From: Longimicrobiales bacterium
Lineage (GTDB): Bacteria; Gemmatimonadota; Gemmatimonadetes; Longimicrobiales; Gaopeijiaceae
Direction: 5' to 3'
Length of the DNA stretch: 64,000 bases
Assembly (NCBI GenBank): GCA_963664435.2
Contig: CAXXKM010000003.1
Span: 1,568,001 to 1,632,000, forward strand
Shown: in pieces, positions 1 through 10,109 of the stretch
How the letters are laid out: every line of letters starts with the position of its first letter
Position numbering within the stretch: the stretch's first letter is position 1
The notes under the pieces: model-generated
Databases searched by the model: none
Told to the model about the DNA's origin: nothing
The model's input: the letters and a program-made list of their open reading frames with translations, nothing else
Translations under genes and position numbers: made by a program

Positions 1-2384
1 GTGTTGGCGAAGACGTTCAGCGAGAGACCCGGCCGCTGGACCAGAGCGCCGCGAATGGCAAGCTCCAGGCCGGAAGCCTTCACCTCGCCGATGTTGTCGA
101 GCTGGGTCTGCGTGAATCCGCCCGTCACCGGGAACTGGCGCGCCACCATGGCGTCGGTGACCGTCCGATCCCAATACGTCGCTTCCAGGGACCAGAGGTC
201 GTTGAAGAGCCCCAGGTCCGCGCCGAACTCCCACTCGGTGGACACTTCGGGCTTCAGCTGGTCGTTGCCCAGGTTGGAGGGCTGGACCCCCGGACCTACC
301 TCGGTGCCCAGCGACGAGAAAGTCGTGAACTTGTCGAAGGCGCCCGGCTGCAGCCCGGAGGTGCCGAAGGCCCCCTTGACGCGCAGGGAGGAGAAGGTCT
401 CGCTTTCCCACATCTCGCTGGGCACGACCGCGAAGTTGGCCTTCGGATAGAACGCCGTGTTGAACGCCTCACCGAATGCCGAGTTGGCGTCCCAGCGGGC
501 GCCGACGGTCAGGAAGAGCCAGTTGTCCCAGCCGATCTGGTCCTGCAGGTATCCGCCGATCTGCGTCACCCGGAGCCAGTTCTCGTAGGAGGACTCGGAA
601 CCGAGCGCCGAAAGGGTTTCAAGGCCCGGGCCGGGGAAGTCGCGCCCGCTGCCGCCCGCCGACTGCCGCTGCCGCAGGAAGCCCTGGCCACCGAACAGGA
701 ACGTGTTCTCGATCCGGTCGGTGCTGAAGATGTAGGATCCCTTGACGTCCGCCGTGACCTCCCGGCTGCGGTCCTCGTTGACGTTCCTGCTGCCGTCGGG
801 CGTCGAGCCCGAGTAGCCGTCCACGTTCCAGCGGTAGGGCCGGAAGGAGACCGCGTCGTCGGAGGTGAAGTCGATGCCGAAGGTGCCGTCGAGGCGGAAG
901 TACTCGGTGGGCGTGAAGTTGATGTTGGTGGCGCCCGCGAAGTGCTGCGAGTTCACGAAGTTCAACTGGTAGGCGTTCTCGCGCAGGGTGGCGAAGGCCG
1001 GCTGACCGTAGTAGTTGACCTGCCCGAGGTTCGAGTCGTCGTTGGCGAGCCGCAGCTGCGACATCAGAGCTGACGAGAACACGCCGTAGATGTTGTTCGA
1101 GTTGTCGGGCGTGTGGTGCTCCATGTCCGAATAGAGCGTGGTCACGCCGATGCGCAGATTGTCGTTCGGCACCACCGTGAAGTTCGAGTGGATCGAAGCC
1201 CGCCGGTTGGTGTCGTTCTCGGGCTCGGCTCCCTCCACCGGCTCGAAGTTTTTCGCCGCGTCGTAAGGACCGTCCTCTCTGGCCAAGCGCGCCGAGGCGA
1301 AGTACTGGAACACGCTGGAACCGCCCTGCACCGACCCGGAGTAGGTCTGGCCGAAACCGGTGGTGAGGAGCTCGGGAATGGTGTTGCGCTCCACGGGTTC
1401 CCAGGGCGACACGGTCTGTCCCCAGCGCGCGGACATCCGGGTCACGGCATCGCTCAGCCGTTGAGCGTCACCGTCTCCGGTGCATCCGGGGCTGGAGCAC
1501 ACCCGCCCGGCGAAGTCGGCGACCGGCAGAATGCGGTTGGTCGGTACGGAGATCCCGGTCAGGTCCGACTGGAAGGTGAAGCGCGGCGCGCCCACGTTGC
1601 CCCGCTTGGTGAAGATCTGGATCACGCCGTTCGACGCCTCGGTCCCGTAGAGGGTCGCGGCCGCGGCGCCCTTCAGGATCTCGACGCGCTCGATGGACTC
1701 GGGAGGAATGTCGTCCAGGCGGGACGGGTTGCCCTGGCCGTTGAAGTTCTGCACGGCGGAGCGGTCCACCCGGATCCCGTCAACGTAGACGATGGGCTCG
1801 TTGAGCTGCGAGAGCGACGCCGACCCGCGGATGCGGATGCGGGCGCCTTCGCCGGTGTAGCCCGAGGAAGGCAGCGCCACCACGCCGGGCTCGCGGCCGG
1901 CAATGAGCTGACTGAAGTCGGCGATGGGCGCGTTCTCGAGTTCGGCGGCATCGAGCGTCGCGATGGTGTGGCCGAGCCTGCGCTTCTCGGTGGCGACACC
2001 GGTTCCGGTTACCACGATCTCGTCGAGTGCGAGCGCGGTCACGGCGATGGCGAAGTCGACGTTGGCTGTCTCGCCCACCGCCACCGTCACCGTCTGCGAG
2101 GCGGAGCGGTACCCGACCAGTTCGACGGTGACCGTGTGCTCGCCCGGAGGGGCGTTCAGGAGCAGAAACTGCCCGTTGCTGTTGGTGAGGGTCCCGATTC
2201 CGGAGCCCTCCACGTACACCTGGGCGGAGGCGAGGGCGCGACCGGAGCCTTCCTCCGTGACGCGGCCCGTGATGACTCCACTCTGCTGGGCGCTCAGTCC
2301 GGGCGCGACGGCCAGGCTGACGGCCAGCAGGGAGAGCACGAAGGCGCCCCACACCCTGCTTGCTGGACGTTGTTTGCGTGTCAT
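1..2384 (-). CDS. SusC/RagA-family TonB-dependent outer-membrane receptor (3' end outside window)
   Basis: Translated by hand from ATG 2384 (AAGGAG upstream): signal peptide MTRKQRPASRVWGAFVLSLLAV..., carboxypeptidase-regulatory-like domain (GRVT...GTLTNSNGQF), plug motif IERVEILKGAAAATLYGTEASNGVIQIFTK; runs off the left edge, so absent from the ORF track. Confidence 0.9.
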   Translation of the reverse strand, partial: MTRKQRPASRVWGAFVLSLLAVSLAVAPGLSAQQSGVITGRVTEEGSGRALASAQVYVEGSGIGTLTNSNGQFLLLNAPPGEHTVTVELVGYRSASQTVTVAVGETANVDFAIAVTALALDEIVVTGTGVATEKRRLGHTIATLDAAELENAPIADFSQLIAGREPGVVALPSSGYTGEGARIRIRGSASLSQLNEPIVYVDGIRVDRSAVQNFNGQGNPSRLDDIPPESIERVEILKGAAAATLYGTEASNGVIQIFTKRGNVGAPRFTFQSDLTGISVPTNRILPVADFAGRVCSSPGCTGDGDAQRLSDAVTRMSARWGQTVSPWEPVERNTIPELLTTGFGQTYSGSVQGGSSVFQYFASARLAREDGPYDAAKNFEPVEGAEPENDTNRRASIHSNFTVVPNDNLRIGVTTLYSDMEHHTPDNSNNIYGVFSSALMSQLRLANDDSNLGQVNYYGQPAFATLRENAYQLNFVNSQHFAGATNINFTPTEYFRLDGTFGIDFTSDDAVSFRPYRWNVDGYSGSTPDGSRNVNEDRSREVTADVKGSYIFSTDRIENTFLFGGQGFLRQRQSAGGSGRDFPGPGLETLSALGSESSYENWLRVTQIGGYLQDQIGWDNWLFLTVGARWDANSAFGEAFNTAFYPKANFAVVPSEMWESETFSSLRVKGAFGTSGLQPGAFDKFTTFSSLGTEVGPGVQPSNLGNDQLKPEVSTEWEFGADLGLFNDLWSLEATYWDRTVTDAMVARQFPVTGGFTQTQLDNIGEVKASGLELAIRGALVQRPGLSLNVFAN

Positions 2385-2548
2385 GCGCTACTCCTTGTTG
2401 GGAAGTGTATCGTTGCCCCTCACCCGACATCCACCCCAATCCGCGCGCGCAATGCGCGGGCAGTAATTTTGTCAGGTTTCGATCGGAATTACCAGTCCGG
2501 CCTCGCCGCCCACCCCCCGGCGCGTGCGGCCGGAGGGAGGCGGGCGGG

Positions 2549-3265
2549 CTAACGCACCGGATCCTGTTCGGGCCGGCGCGATGCGGTCAGGCGTTCAGCT
2601 TCGGCTGCCCGCCAGGCCTGGATGCGGGCGTGGTCGCCGCTGCGCAGCACCTCCGGCACCTCGTGCCCCCGATACTCGGCCGGCCGGGTATAGGAGGGCG
2701 CGCTCAGCCGGCGGCCGTCGTAGAACGAGTCCGAGGCCGCCGAATCGTGGTCCCCGAGCGCGCCGGGCAGCAGCCGGACGATCGCGTCCGCGACCACCAG
2801 CGCGGCGGCCTCGCCCCCGGACAACACGAAGTCGCCGATGGAGATCTCCTCGTCGGCGAGGTGGTCGGCGACGCGCTGGTCGACATCCTTGTAGTGCCCG
2901 CACAGGAGGGTCAGAGACGGCTCCAGTGAGAGTCGCACGGCGTCGTCGTGCGTGAAGAGCCGGCCCCGGGGCGACAGCAGAATCACCCGGCCGGCGTCAT
3001 CGAGCGACTCCACCGCCTCGAAGAACGGCTCCGGCTTCATCACCATCCCGCCCCCGCCGCCGTAGGGCGCGTCGTCCACCGTGCGATGGCGGTCGCGGGT
3101 GAAGTCCCGCAGGTCGACGACGTGGTACTCGACCAGTCCGTGGCGGGCGGCCCGCCCGGGGATGCTGGTGGCCAGCGGAACCTCGAAGAACTCCGGGAAG
3201 ATGGTGACGATATTCACACGCACACGCGTGCCGTCCTGCGCGCGCGACACGCCATCCGTCGTCAT
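2549..3265 (-). CDS. trmD: tRNA (guanine37-N1)-methyltransferase
   Basis: VDDAPYGGGGGMVM, LCGHYKDVDQR, SIGDFVLSGGE, YTRP; true start may be GTG 3223. Confidence 0.97.
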   Translation of the reverse strand: MTTDGVSRAQDGTRVRVNIVTIFPEFFEVPLATSIPGRAARHGLVEYHVVDLRDFTRDRHRTVDDAPYGGGGGMVMKPEPFFEAVESLDDAGRVILLSPRGRLFTHDDAVRLSLEPSLTLLCGHYKDVDQRVADHLADEEISIGDFVLSGGEAAALVVADAIVRLLPGALGDHDSAASDSFYDGRRLSAPSYTRPAEYRGHEVPEVLRSGDHARIQAWRAAEAERLTASRRPEQDPVR

Positions 3266-3279
3266 CGCCCCGCTCCTCC

Positions 3280-3822
3280 TCAGAGATCCAGCAGCCCGTC
3301 CGGCAGATCCACGACCAGCCGCTTCCCTTCGCGGTCCAGTCGGCGCACCATGTCGCGCGCGAAGGGGATCAGCACGGTGCCGGATTCACGCGCCACCTGG
3401 AGCAGATGCACCGGGGTGAGCTCGTAGACCTCGACGACCTCTCCGATCGCCTCTCCGTCCCGCGACTCCACGCGCGTGCCCAGCAGTTCGTGGTAGAAGA
3501 TCTCGCCTTCCTCCAGCGGGCTCACCTCCGCAAAAGGCCGCAGGACGTAACGACCCGCCAGCCACTCGGCCTGGTTGCGGGAGTCGATGCCTTCCAGCCT
3601 GATCAGAAAGCCACGCTTGAACGGGCGGATGGCCTGTACGCGGACCTCGGCGAACGAGGGATCCGGGTTCTCCCCGGCTTCGTCCGCCAGGAACAGCTCC
3701 GCTCCGGCGGCGAAGGCTTCGTCCGGATTGGCCGTCAGCGGCCAGAGGAAGAGTTCGCCCTTGGTGCCGTGGGCCTTGTTGAGGTGCCCGACGACGAGGT
3801 GCGAAGGATGGGCGGAGTCCAT
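3280..3822 (-). CDS. rimM: 16S rRNA processing protein RimM
   Basis: VGHLNKAHGTKGE, EGEIFYHELLG, LIPF; lies between rpsP and trmD. Confidence 0.95.
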   Translation of the reverse strand: MDSAHPSHLVVGHLNKAHGTKGELFLWPLTANPDEAFAAGAELFLADEAGENPDPSFAEVRVQAIRPFKRGFLIRLEGIDSRNQAEWLAGRYVLRPFAEVSPLEEGEIFYHELLGTRVESRDGEAIGEVVEVYELTPVHLLQVARESGTVLIPFARDMVRRLDREGKRLVVDLPDGLLDL

Positions 3823-3836
3823 TCGGGACCCCGGGA

Positions 3837-4283
3837 CTACTCGGATTCGCTGCTTTCGCCCGCTTCGGCTTCGGCCCGGGCTTTCGCTCGAGCCGCGGCC
3901 CTGGCCGCCGCCTCCGCCCTGGCTTCTGCCTCCAGGTTCGCCTGCGCGTCCGCTTCCGCCTGGCGCCGCTGCGTCAGCTGTTCCGAGCGGCGGGCCTTCT
4001 CGGCAGCCGCATCCACGTCGCCCACGGCCACGCTCGCGTCTCCTCCCTTGCGGGCCTTGTTCAGCAGCGACCTGACCGTGGCCGATGGCTGCGCCCCCTT
4101 GCCCAGCCAGTAGTCGGCGCGCTCCATGTCGACGACCACGCGAGCAGGCGTGGAAAGTGGCTTGTAGTAGCCGATGGTCTCGACGAAGCGCCCGTCCCGC
4201 GGCGAGTCGCCGTCCGCCACCACCACGCGGTAGTGGGGCGCCTTCTTCCGGCCCATTCTGCGAAGTCGAATTCGTACCGACAT
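3837..4283 (-). CDS. rpsP: 30S ribosomal protein S16 with Ala/Glu-rich C-terminal extension
   Basis: [24 protein letters not shown]...[13 protein letters not shown]...GAQPS. Confidence 0.97.
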   Translation of the reverse strand: MSVRIRLRRMGRKKAPHYRVVVADGDSPRDGRFVETIGYYKPLSTPARVVVDMERADYWLGKGAQPSATVRSLLNKARKGGDASVAVGDVDAAAEKARRSEQLTQRRQAEADAQANLEAEARAEAAARAAARAKARAEAEAGESSESE

Positions 4284-4327
4284 ATGTCTCCTCGGGTTCG
4301 TGCCTGCCCGCCGCGTCTCCCGGCCGG

Positions 4328-5644
4328 TCAGCGCAACTGGTTCAGCGGGGGCGCCATCCCCCGCATCTGCTTCATCAACTTCTGCATTTCCCTGAACTGC
4401 TTCAACAGGCGGTTGACCTCCGACACCGGCCGGCCGCTCCCCCTGGCGATGCGGATCCGGCGCGATCGGTTGAGGAGGCGCGGCTCGCTCCGCTCAGCGG
4501 GGGTCATCGAAAGGATGATAGCCTCCACGTGCCTGATCTTCTTCGGATCGACGTTGCCCAGGGGCAGCTTGCGCTTCATGCCGGGGATCATCTTCACGAT
4601 CTGTTCAAGCGGGCCCATCGCCTGTACCTGGCGGAGCGCCGTCAGGAAGTCCTCGAGGGTGAAGCGCCCCTTGCGCAGCACGTTTTCCTCGATCTTCGCC
4701 TGGGCTTCGGCGTCGATGGAGCGCTGGGCCCGCTCCACCAGCCCCACCACGTCGCCCATCTGCAGGATGCGCCCCGCCAACCGGCCGGGATCGACCCGCT
4801 CCAGGTCGTCCAGCCCCTCGCCCACGCCCACGAACTTGATGGGCCTGCCCGTGACCCCGCGGATCGAAAGCGCCGCTCCGCCGCGCGCGTCGCCGTCGAG
4901 CTTGGTGAGCACCACGCCGGTGAGGCCCAGCGCCCGGTCGAAACCCCGGGCGATGTTGACGGCCTCCTGGCCGGTCATCGCGTCGGCCACCAGCAGCACC
5001 TCGGTGGGTGCCAGCTTCTTCTGCAGGCGCCCGATTTCGGCCATCATCGGCTCGTCGATCTGGAGGCGCCCCGCGGTGTCGACCACGACCACGTCGCAGC
5101 CACGCCCGCGCGCATCGTCGAGCGCGGCCCGCGCGACCGCCACGGGGTCGTCCCCGCGCCCGCCCGCGTGCACCGGCAAGCCCGCGCGCTCGCACAGGGT
5201 GGCGAGCTGCTCCGCCGCCGCCGGCCGGTACACGTCACAGCCCGCCAGCAGGGGACGGCGCCCCTCGCGAGCGACCAGGCGTGCCAGCTTCACGGCGGTG
5301 GTGGTCTTTCCCGAGCCCTGCAGGCCGGCCATGAGGATCACCGTGGGCGGCTTGCGCGCCCAGGTCAGCTCGGCCACGTCCTCTCCCAGCAGCCCCGCCA
5401 GCTCGTCGTGCACGATCTTGACGACCTGCTGTCCGGGGGAGATGGAGCGGATGACCCCCTCGCCCACCGCCCGCTTCTCCACCCGCTTCAGGAAGTCGCG
5501 GGTGACCTTGAAGTTGACGTCCGCCTCGAGCAGCGCTCGGCGCACTTCGCGCAGCCCCTTGCGGATCATGGGCTCGGTAAGGATGCCCCGCTGGCGGAAG
5601 CGTCCGAGGGCCTTGTCCAGCCTCCTGCCCAGGCGATCGAACAT
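4328..5644 (-). CDS. ffh: Signal recognition particle protein Ffh
   Basis: Start MFDRL at 5644; [36 protein letters not shown], Met-rich M domain. Confidence 0.97.
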   Translation of the reverse strand: MFDRLGRRLDKALGRFRQRGILTEPMIRKGLREVRRALLEADVNFKVTRDFLKRVEKRAVGEGVIRSISPGQQVVKIVHDELAGLLGEDVAELTWARKPPTVILMAGLQGSGKTTTAVKLARLVAREGRRPLLAGCDVYRPAAAEQLATLCERAGLPVHAGGRGDDPVAVARAALDDARGRGCDVVVVDTAGRLQIDEPMMAEIGRLQKKLAPTEVLLVADAMTGQEAVNIARGFDRALGLTGVVLTKLDGDARGGAALSIRGVTGRPIKFVGVGEGLDDLERVDPGRLAGRILQMGDVVGLVERAQRSIDAEAQAKIEENVLRKGRFTLEDFLTALRQVQAMGPLEQIVKMIPGMKRKLPLGNVDPKKIRHVEAIILSMTPAERSEPRLLNRSRRIRIARGSGRPVSEVNRLLKQFREMQKLMKQMRGMAPPLNQLR

Positions 5645-5646
5645 GA

Positions 5647-6936
5647 TCAGATGTGGATGATCTGCTCGCGCCGGGAGCCGACCGAGACGATCTCGATGGG
5701 CACGCCGGTCAGCTCCTGCAGCCGGTCGAGGTAGCTGCGCGCTTCCATCGGCAGGTCGGCGATGTCGCGGGCCTCCGTGGTGGGCGCCCGCCAACCCGGG
5801 TGTCGCTCCAGCACGGGCTCGACCCGGGAGAGCGACCACGTGTCCGCGGGAAACTCGGTCGAGATGTCGCCGTCGACGCGGTAGCCGGTCGCGATGCGGA
5901 TCTCGTCGAGGGAGTCCAGCACGTCGAGCTTGGTTACCGCCAGGCTGGTGAGGCCGTTCACGCGCGCGGCGTAGCGCGCCTGCACCGCGTCGAACCAGCC
6001 GCAGCGCCGCGGGCGCCCCGTGGTCGCGCCGAATTCGCCGCCCAGCTCGCGCACGCGCTCGCCCATCTCCTCGTCGAACTCGGTCGGCAGGGGGCCGTTG
6101 CCCACCCGCGTCGTGTACGCCTTGACCACCCCCAGAATCGCGCTGATGGCGGTCGGGCCGACCCCCAGCCCGGTAGCGGCCGCGGCCGCGGTGGTGTTGG
6201 AGGAGGTCACGAAGGGGTAGGTGCCGTGGTCGAGGTCGAGGGCCGTGCCCTGCGCCCCCTCCATCAGCACCGAGCGGCCCGCCGCGAGCGCCTGCACGAC
6301 CTCCAGGCCGGTGTCGGTGGCCAGCGGGAGGGTGCGGCCCGCCAGCGCCAGCGCCGCCCACACCCGGGCCTCGAGCTCCGTGGCCTCGAACCGGCCCACC
6401 TCCAGCTCCGCCAGGGCATCCCGCATGGCCCGCTCCACCAGGCGCTCCAGGCGTGACGCATTGCCCAGGTCGGTGACGCGGACCCCGCGCCGCCCGGACT
6501 TGGACACGTACGCCGGCCCGATGCCCTGCCCGGTGGTGCCGATCTTCTCCCGGGCGCGCACCTCGGAGGCATGGTCGAGCGCCCGGTGGTAGGGAAGCAG
6601 CAGGTGGGCGCGCTGACTGATGCCGATCCGTCCCTCCAACTCGATGCCGCGCGCCGCGAGGGCATCGTATTCCGCGAAGAACTTCGGCAGGTCGAGGACC
6701 ACGCCGTTGCCGAGCAGACAGCGCTTGCCGGGATGGAGGATGCCGGAGGGAATCTGGTGCAGGATGAACTCGTCCCCGTGCACATGGACGGTATGGCCGG
6801 CGTTGGCGCCGCCCTGATAGCGGGCGACGATGTCGGCCGACTCCGCCAGCACGTCGACGATCTTGCCCTTGCCCTCGTCCCCCCACTGGCAGCCCACCAC
6901 GACCGTGCAGCGGCCCACGGGGGCCTTCCTCGACAC
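5647..6936 (-). CDS. purA: Adenylosuccinate synthetase
   Basis: QWGDEGKGK, GGANAGHT, EGAQG, TTGRPRRCGW, TKLDVL. Confidence 0.98.
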   Translation of the reverse strand: MSRKAPVGRCTVVVGCQWGDEGKGKIVDVLAESADIVARYQGGANAGHTVHVHGDEFILHQIPSGILHPGKRCLLGNGVVLDLPKFFAEYDALAARGIELEGRIGISQRAHLLLPYHRALDHASEVRAREKIGTTGQGIGPAYVSKSGRRGVRVTDLGNASRLERLVERAMRDALAELEVGRFEATELEARVWAALALAGRTLPLATDTGLEVVQALAAGRSVLMEGAQGTALDLDHGTYPFVTSSNTTAAAAATGLGVGPTAISAILGVVKAYTTRVGNGPLPTEFDEEMGERVRELGGEFGATTGRPRRCGWFDAVQARYAARVNGLTSLAVTKLDVLDSLDEIRIATGYRVDGDISTEFPADTWSLSRVEPVLERHPGWRAPTTEARDIADLPMEARSYLDRLQELTGVPIEIVSVGSRREQIIHI

Positions 6937-7060
6937 GGTCAGCCTCCTCTGGAGTCCCGGGCGTCGAAGCGCGGTGCACCGCCGGCGCGACCACTCATGC
7001 GCAGGCGGGTGCTCTCGAGCATCCGAGCCGATAGGTGCAGGATCAGCCGGCGCGTGCGCG

Positions 7061-7987
7061 TCATGCGGAGGCGGACGCGGGGAGTGCGGCTTCCGGCCGC
7101 AGCAGCCTTGCCCGGCGCAGGACCGCCTTCACTTCACCGACCTTGCCGGCCGGGAACGGCCGGAGCGGCGGACGGGGGGCGCCGCCGTGGCCTCCCAGCA
7201 GATCCATTGCGGCCTTCACGCCCGGCACGCCGAACCCCGCCACCAGCTTCTTGTGGACGGGTGCGATCCGCTCCTGGAGGCGGCCCGCCTCGCTGGTGCG
7301 TCCCTCCGCGAAACGCTGGAAGATCCCGGCGCTTTCGGCGGGAGCCAGGTTGGCGACACCCAGGATTCCGCCCGCCGCGCCCAGCTCGAGCGCGGCATAC
7401 AGCCCCGCGCCGTTGCCCACGATCACCGCGAAGTCGCGGCGGGTGCAGTCAAGCAATTCGGCAACCTTCTCGAGGCTGCCTCTGGAATCCTTGATCCCGA
7501 CGATGTTGGGATGCCGGGAGAGCTGGGCCACCAGCCCGGAGGGGAAGTCGAGGGTGCTGAAGCGCAGCGGCGCCTGGTAGATCAGGACCGGAACCGGCGA
7601 GGCGTCGGCCACCGCGGTGTAGTGGTCGCGCACGGCTTCCGGGGTCATCGCCCCCAGGTAGTACGCGGGCGGCTGCACCAGCACGGCATCGGCGCCGGCA
7701 TCGGCGGCCTCCCGCCCGAGCCTGATGGTGCCGCGCGTGGATTCCACCCCGGTGCCTGCGATGAGCAGGCGGTCGTCGGTCATGACGTCGGCGGTCGCCT
7801 CGAGGAGGCGCCTGCGCTCCCCGCGGCTGAGCAGCACCGCCTCTCCGGTGGATCCCGCGATGACGATGCCGTGCACGGGATGCGCCAGCCAGCCCCTCAG
7901 ATTGGCGCGCATCGCGACGATGTCCACGTCTCCGGTCACGGGATCGAAGGGCGTAACTGCGGGGATGAAGACTCCGGCCAGGTTCAT
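7061..7987 (-). CDS. Dihydrodipicolinate synthase/DapA-family aldolase (substrate uncertain)
   Basis: TPF, GSTGE, catalytic Tyr (LIYQAP), Schiff-base Lys (GIKDS). Confidence 0.85.
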   Translation of the reverse strand: MNLAGVFIPAVTPFDPVTGDVDIVAMRANLRGWLAHPVHGIVIAGSTGEAVLLSRGERRRLLEATADVMTDDRLLIAGTGVESTRGTIRLGREAADAGADAVLVQPPAYYLGAMTPEAVRDHYTAVADASPVPVLIYQAPLRFSTLDFPSGLVAQLSRHPNIVGIKDSRGSLEKVAELLDCTRRDFAVIVGNGAGLYAALELGAAGGILGVANLAPAESAGIFQRFAEGRTSEAGRLQERIAPVHKKLVAGFGVPGVKAAMDLLGGHGGAPRPPLRPFPAGKVGEVKAVLRRARLLRPEAALPASASA

Positions 7988-9027
7988 AACTCCGTTTCCT
8001 CCGTCGATGCTCGCGCGGTGCGCTTCCAGTCGAGTCCCATGCGCGACCGCACCTCCGCCATGGTCTCGCGGGCGATGGCTGCGGCCTTCCTCGCTCCGTC
8101 ATCCAGAATCCGGAGCACTTCCTCCGGGTGTGCGCGGTAATGCGCGGCAACCTCCCGCATGGGGGCGAAGGCCTCGTCGATCTCCTCGGCCAGCATGCCC
8201 TTGCACTGGACGCACCCGCGCTGCGCCGTGCGGCACTGGCGGGCGATATCCTCGAGCAGCTCGCCGTCCGCGAAGTGTTCGTGCAGCGAATAGACGTTGC
8301 AGACCTCCGGGCGCCCGGGGTCGGTCCTGCGGATGCGCGCCGGATCGGTCACCGCGGTGCGTACGCGCCTGCGGATTTCGTCGGGGTCGTCGAGGATGCC
8401 CACCGTGTTGCCGAGCGACTTGCTCATCTTGGAGCGGCCGTCCAACCCCACGATCCGGCCCGCGCGCGGAATGTAGGGCCGGGGCTCCGGCAGGTACTTG
8501 CCGAAGCGGGCGTTCCACTTGCGCGCGATGTCCCGGGTCAGCTCAAGGTGCTGGCGCTGGTCCTCTCCCACGGGCACCACGTCGGCGCGGTAGAGGAGGA
8601 TGTCGGCGGCCTGCAGCACCGGGTAGTTGAGGAGCCCCACCGGCACCGACTCCATGCGCTCGGACTTCTCCTTGAACTGGATCATGCGCTCCAGGTCGCC
8701 GATGGGCGCCACCGAGTTGAAGAGCCAGCTCAGCTCGGTGTGCTCCGGGACATCGGACTGCACGAAGATGATGGAGCGCTCGGGATCGAGGCCCGAGGCC
8801 AGAAAGCCGATCGCGAGATCGAAGACGGCGCCGGGGAGCGCCCCGGGTTCGTAGGGCCCCGTGATGGCGTGCTGATCCACGATGCAGTAGATGCAGTCGT
8901 AGTCTTCCTGCATGGCGGCCCACTGGCGCAACGCACCCAGGTAGTTGCCGAGGTGGGCTTCGCCGCTGGGCTGCATTCCGCTGAAGACGCGCGATCCCGG
9001 CGGGGGCCGGGTGGTGGCGTGGGTCAT
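7984..9027 (-). CDS. trpS: Tryptophan--tRNA ligase
   Basis: SGMQPSG, HLGN, YPVLQAADIL, VPVGEDQRQH, KMSKS. Confidence 0.98.
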   Translation of the reverse strand: MTHATTRPPPGSRVFSGMQPSGEAHLGNYLGALRQWAAMQEDYDCIYCIVDQHAITGPYEPGALPGAVFDLAIGFLASGLDPERSIIFVQSDVPEHTELSWLFNSVAPIGDLERMIQFKEKSERMESVPVGLLNYPVLQAADILLYRADVVPVGEDQRQHLELTRDIARKWNARFGKYLPEPRPYIPRAGRIVGLDGRSKMSKSLGNTVGILDDPDEIRRRVRTAVTDPARIRRTDPGRPEVCNVYSLHEHFADGELLEDIARQCRTAQRGCVQCKGMLAEEIDEAFAPMREVAAHYRAHPEEVLRILDDGARKAAAIARETMAEVRSRMGLDWKRTARASTEETEL

Positions 9028-9250
9028 GCGCGAGTTCGTTTCAGGTGACGGGCGCCGGCGGGACCGGGAATCGAAGACGCGTTCCTGCGCGCCTGGGGAA
9101 CGGAACAGGTCGCCACCAAGTTAGCATCCCCCGGGATGCCATCAAACATGATATCGGACCGGGGCTTTTTCGGCGCCCGGAGACGCGTCCCGCTCCGCCA
9201 GCGTTTCGTTCCCGAGCCCGGCCGGCCGCGAGGGCGGAATCGAGCGCACG

Positions 9251-9280
9251 AAAAAACGGACCCGGCGGAAACCGGGTCCG
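9251..9280 (-). terminator. Intrinsic terminator downstream of hsp20
   Basis: Minus strand CGGACCCGG-TTTCCG-CCGGGTCCG followed by TTTTTT. Confidence 0.8.
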
Positions 9281-9374
9281 ATTCGGTCCGGCGGCGTCAA
9301 GGGGGCCGCGGCCAGGCGCAGCGCTCACCGCAGGACTGGCTGGCCAGGCGCGGGTCTTCCCCGGGGGTCGGCCG

Positions 9375-9824
9375 CTAGGCGCGCGCCTTCACCTCGATCC
9401 TGCGGGCGCGGGTCTCGGGCGCCTTGGGGACGCTGACCCTGAGCACCCCGTCGCCGAAGTCGGCGTCGATGCCCTCGACATCCACCTTGCGCGGCAGGGT
9501 GAAGGAGCGGTTGAAGCTTCCCGTGATCCGCTCGGAGATGTGCATGTGGCGCTCGGCGTCCTCCTCCTCGCGCTCCTCGTGCTTCTCCCCGCGAATCGTC
9601 AGCACGTTCTCCTCGACCTCGATCTCGACATCGTCGGGCGATACGCCCGGGAGTTCCGTGGTCACGAGGATCGAGTCCGCGGTCTCCTCGACGTTGACGG
9701 GCGGAACCCAGTCCGTGTTGATGAAGGCCCCGAAGGGGAAGGACGGGCTGGTGGGAAAGGCGGAATTGAAGGCCCTGAGCACCTGCGTGGGCGAGAGCGA
9801 ACGGTACTTGGCGATGGTCGTCAT
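9375..9824 (-). CDS. Hsp20/alpha-crystallin small heat-shock protein
   Basis: WVPPVNVEE, ELPGV, LTIRGEK, ERITGSFNRSFTLP, DGVLRVSVPK; GGAGG RBS. Confidence 0.95.
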   Translation of the reverse strand: MTTIAKYRSLSPTQVLRAFNSAFPTSPSFPFGAFINTDWVPPVNVEETADSILVTTELPGVSPDDVEIEVEENVLTIRGEKHEEREEEDAERHMHISERITGSFNRSFTLPRKVDVEGIDADFGDGVLRVSVPKAPETRARRIEVKARA

Positions 9825-9907
9825 GTTTCCTCCATTGAGTCTCTTGTAACCGAATCCGCGTCGTCAGGCTTCCGATGCCTGATCCTGCACGCGTCGGCTC
9901 TATCAGC

Positions 9908-9924
9908 GGCAGGGAGCGTGCCAG
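9908..9924 (-). promoter_or_regulatory. Putative sigma54 (-24/-12) promoter of hsp20
   Basis: Minus strand CTGGCACG-CTCC-CTGC, exact GG-N10-GC spacing, ~85 nt upstream of the ATG. Confidence 0.65.
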
Positions 9925-9933
9925 TGAAGAGTC

Positions 9934-10102
9934 TGCCAAAATGTCTGACGACAACGAGTTGCGGGACATTGGCATGACAAGATGTCTGTCCGGCCCAGGG
10001 AGGCAAGCGGACAAGTCTGCCATTTTGTCAGGTGGTGGAGACGCTCGATGGGGCGGGGTTGCGTTCCGGGCGGGAGAAGGGCGAGAGTCTGCCAAAATGG
10101 CA
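9934..10102. promoter_or_regulatory. Four imperfect palindromes TG(C/A)CA-N3-TG(G/T)C(A/T), candidate regulator sites
   Basis: TGCCAAAATGTCT 9934, TGACAAGATGTCT 9975, TGCCATTTTGTCA 10018, TGCCAAAATGGCA 10090. Confidence 0.65.
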
Positions 10103-10109
10103 GACAAGC

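Noticed and set aside
5645..6994. Apparent 888-aa Ffh with a long N-terminal extension
   Set aside because: The extension is an alternative frame over purA; Ffh homology starts at ATG 5644.
9121..9145. CIRCE element (TTAGCA...)
   Set aside because: Only a partial half-site with wrong spacing, and it lies downstream of hsp20.
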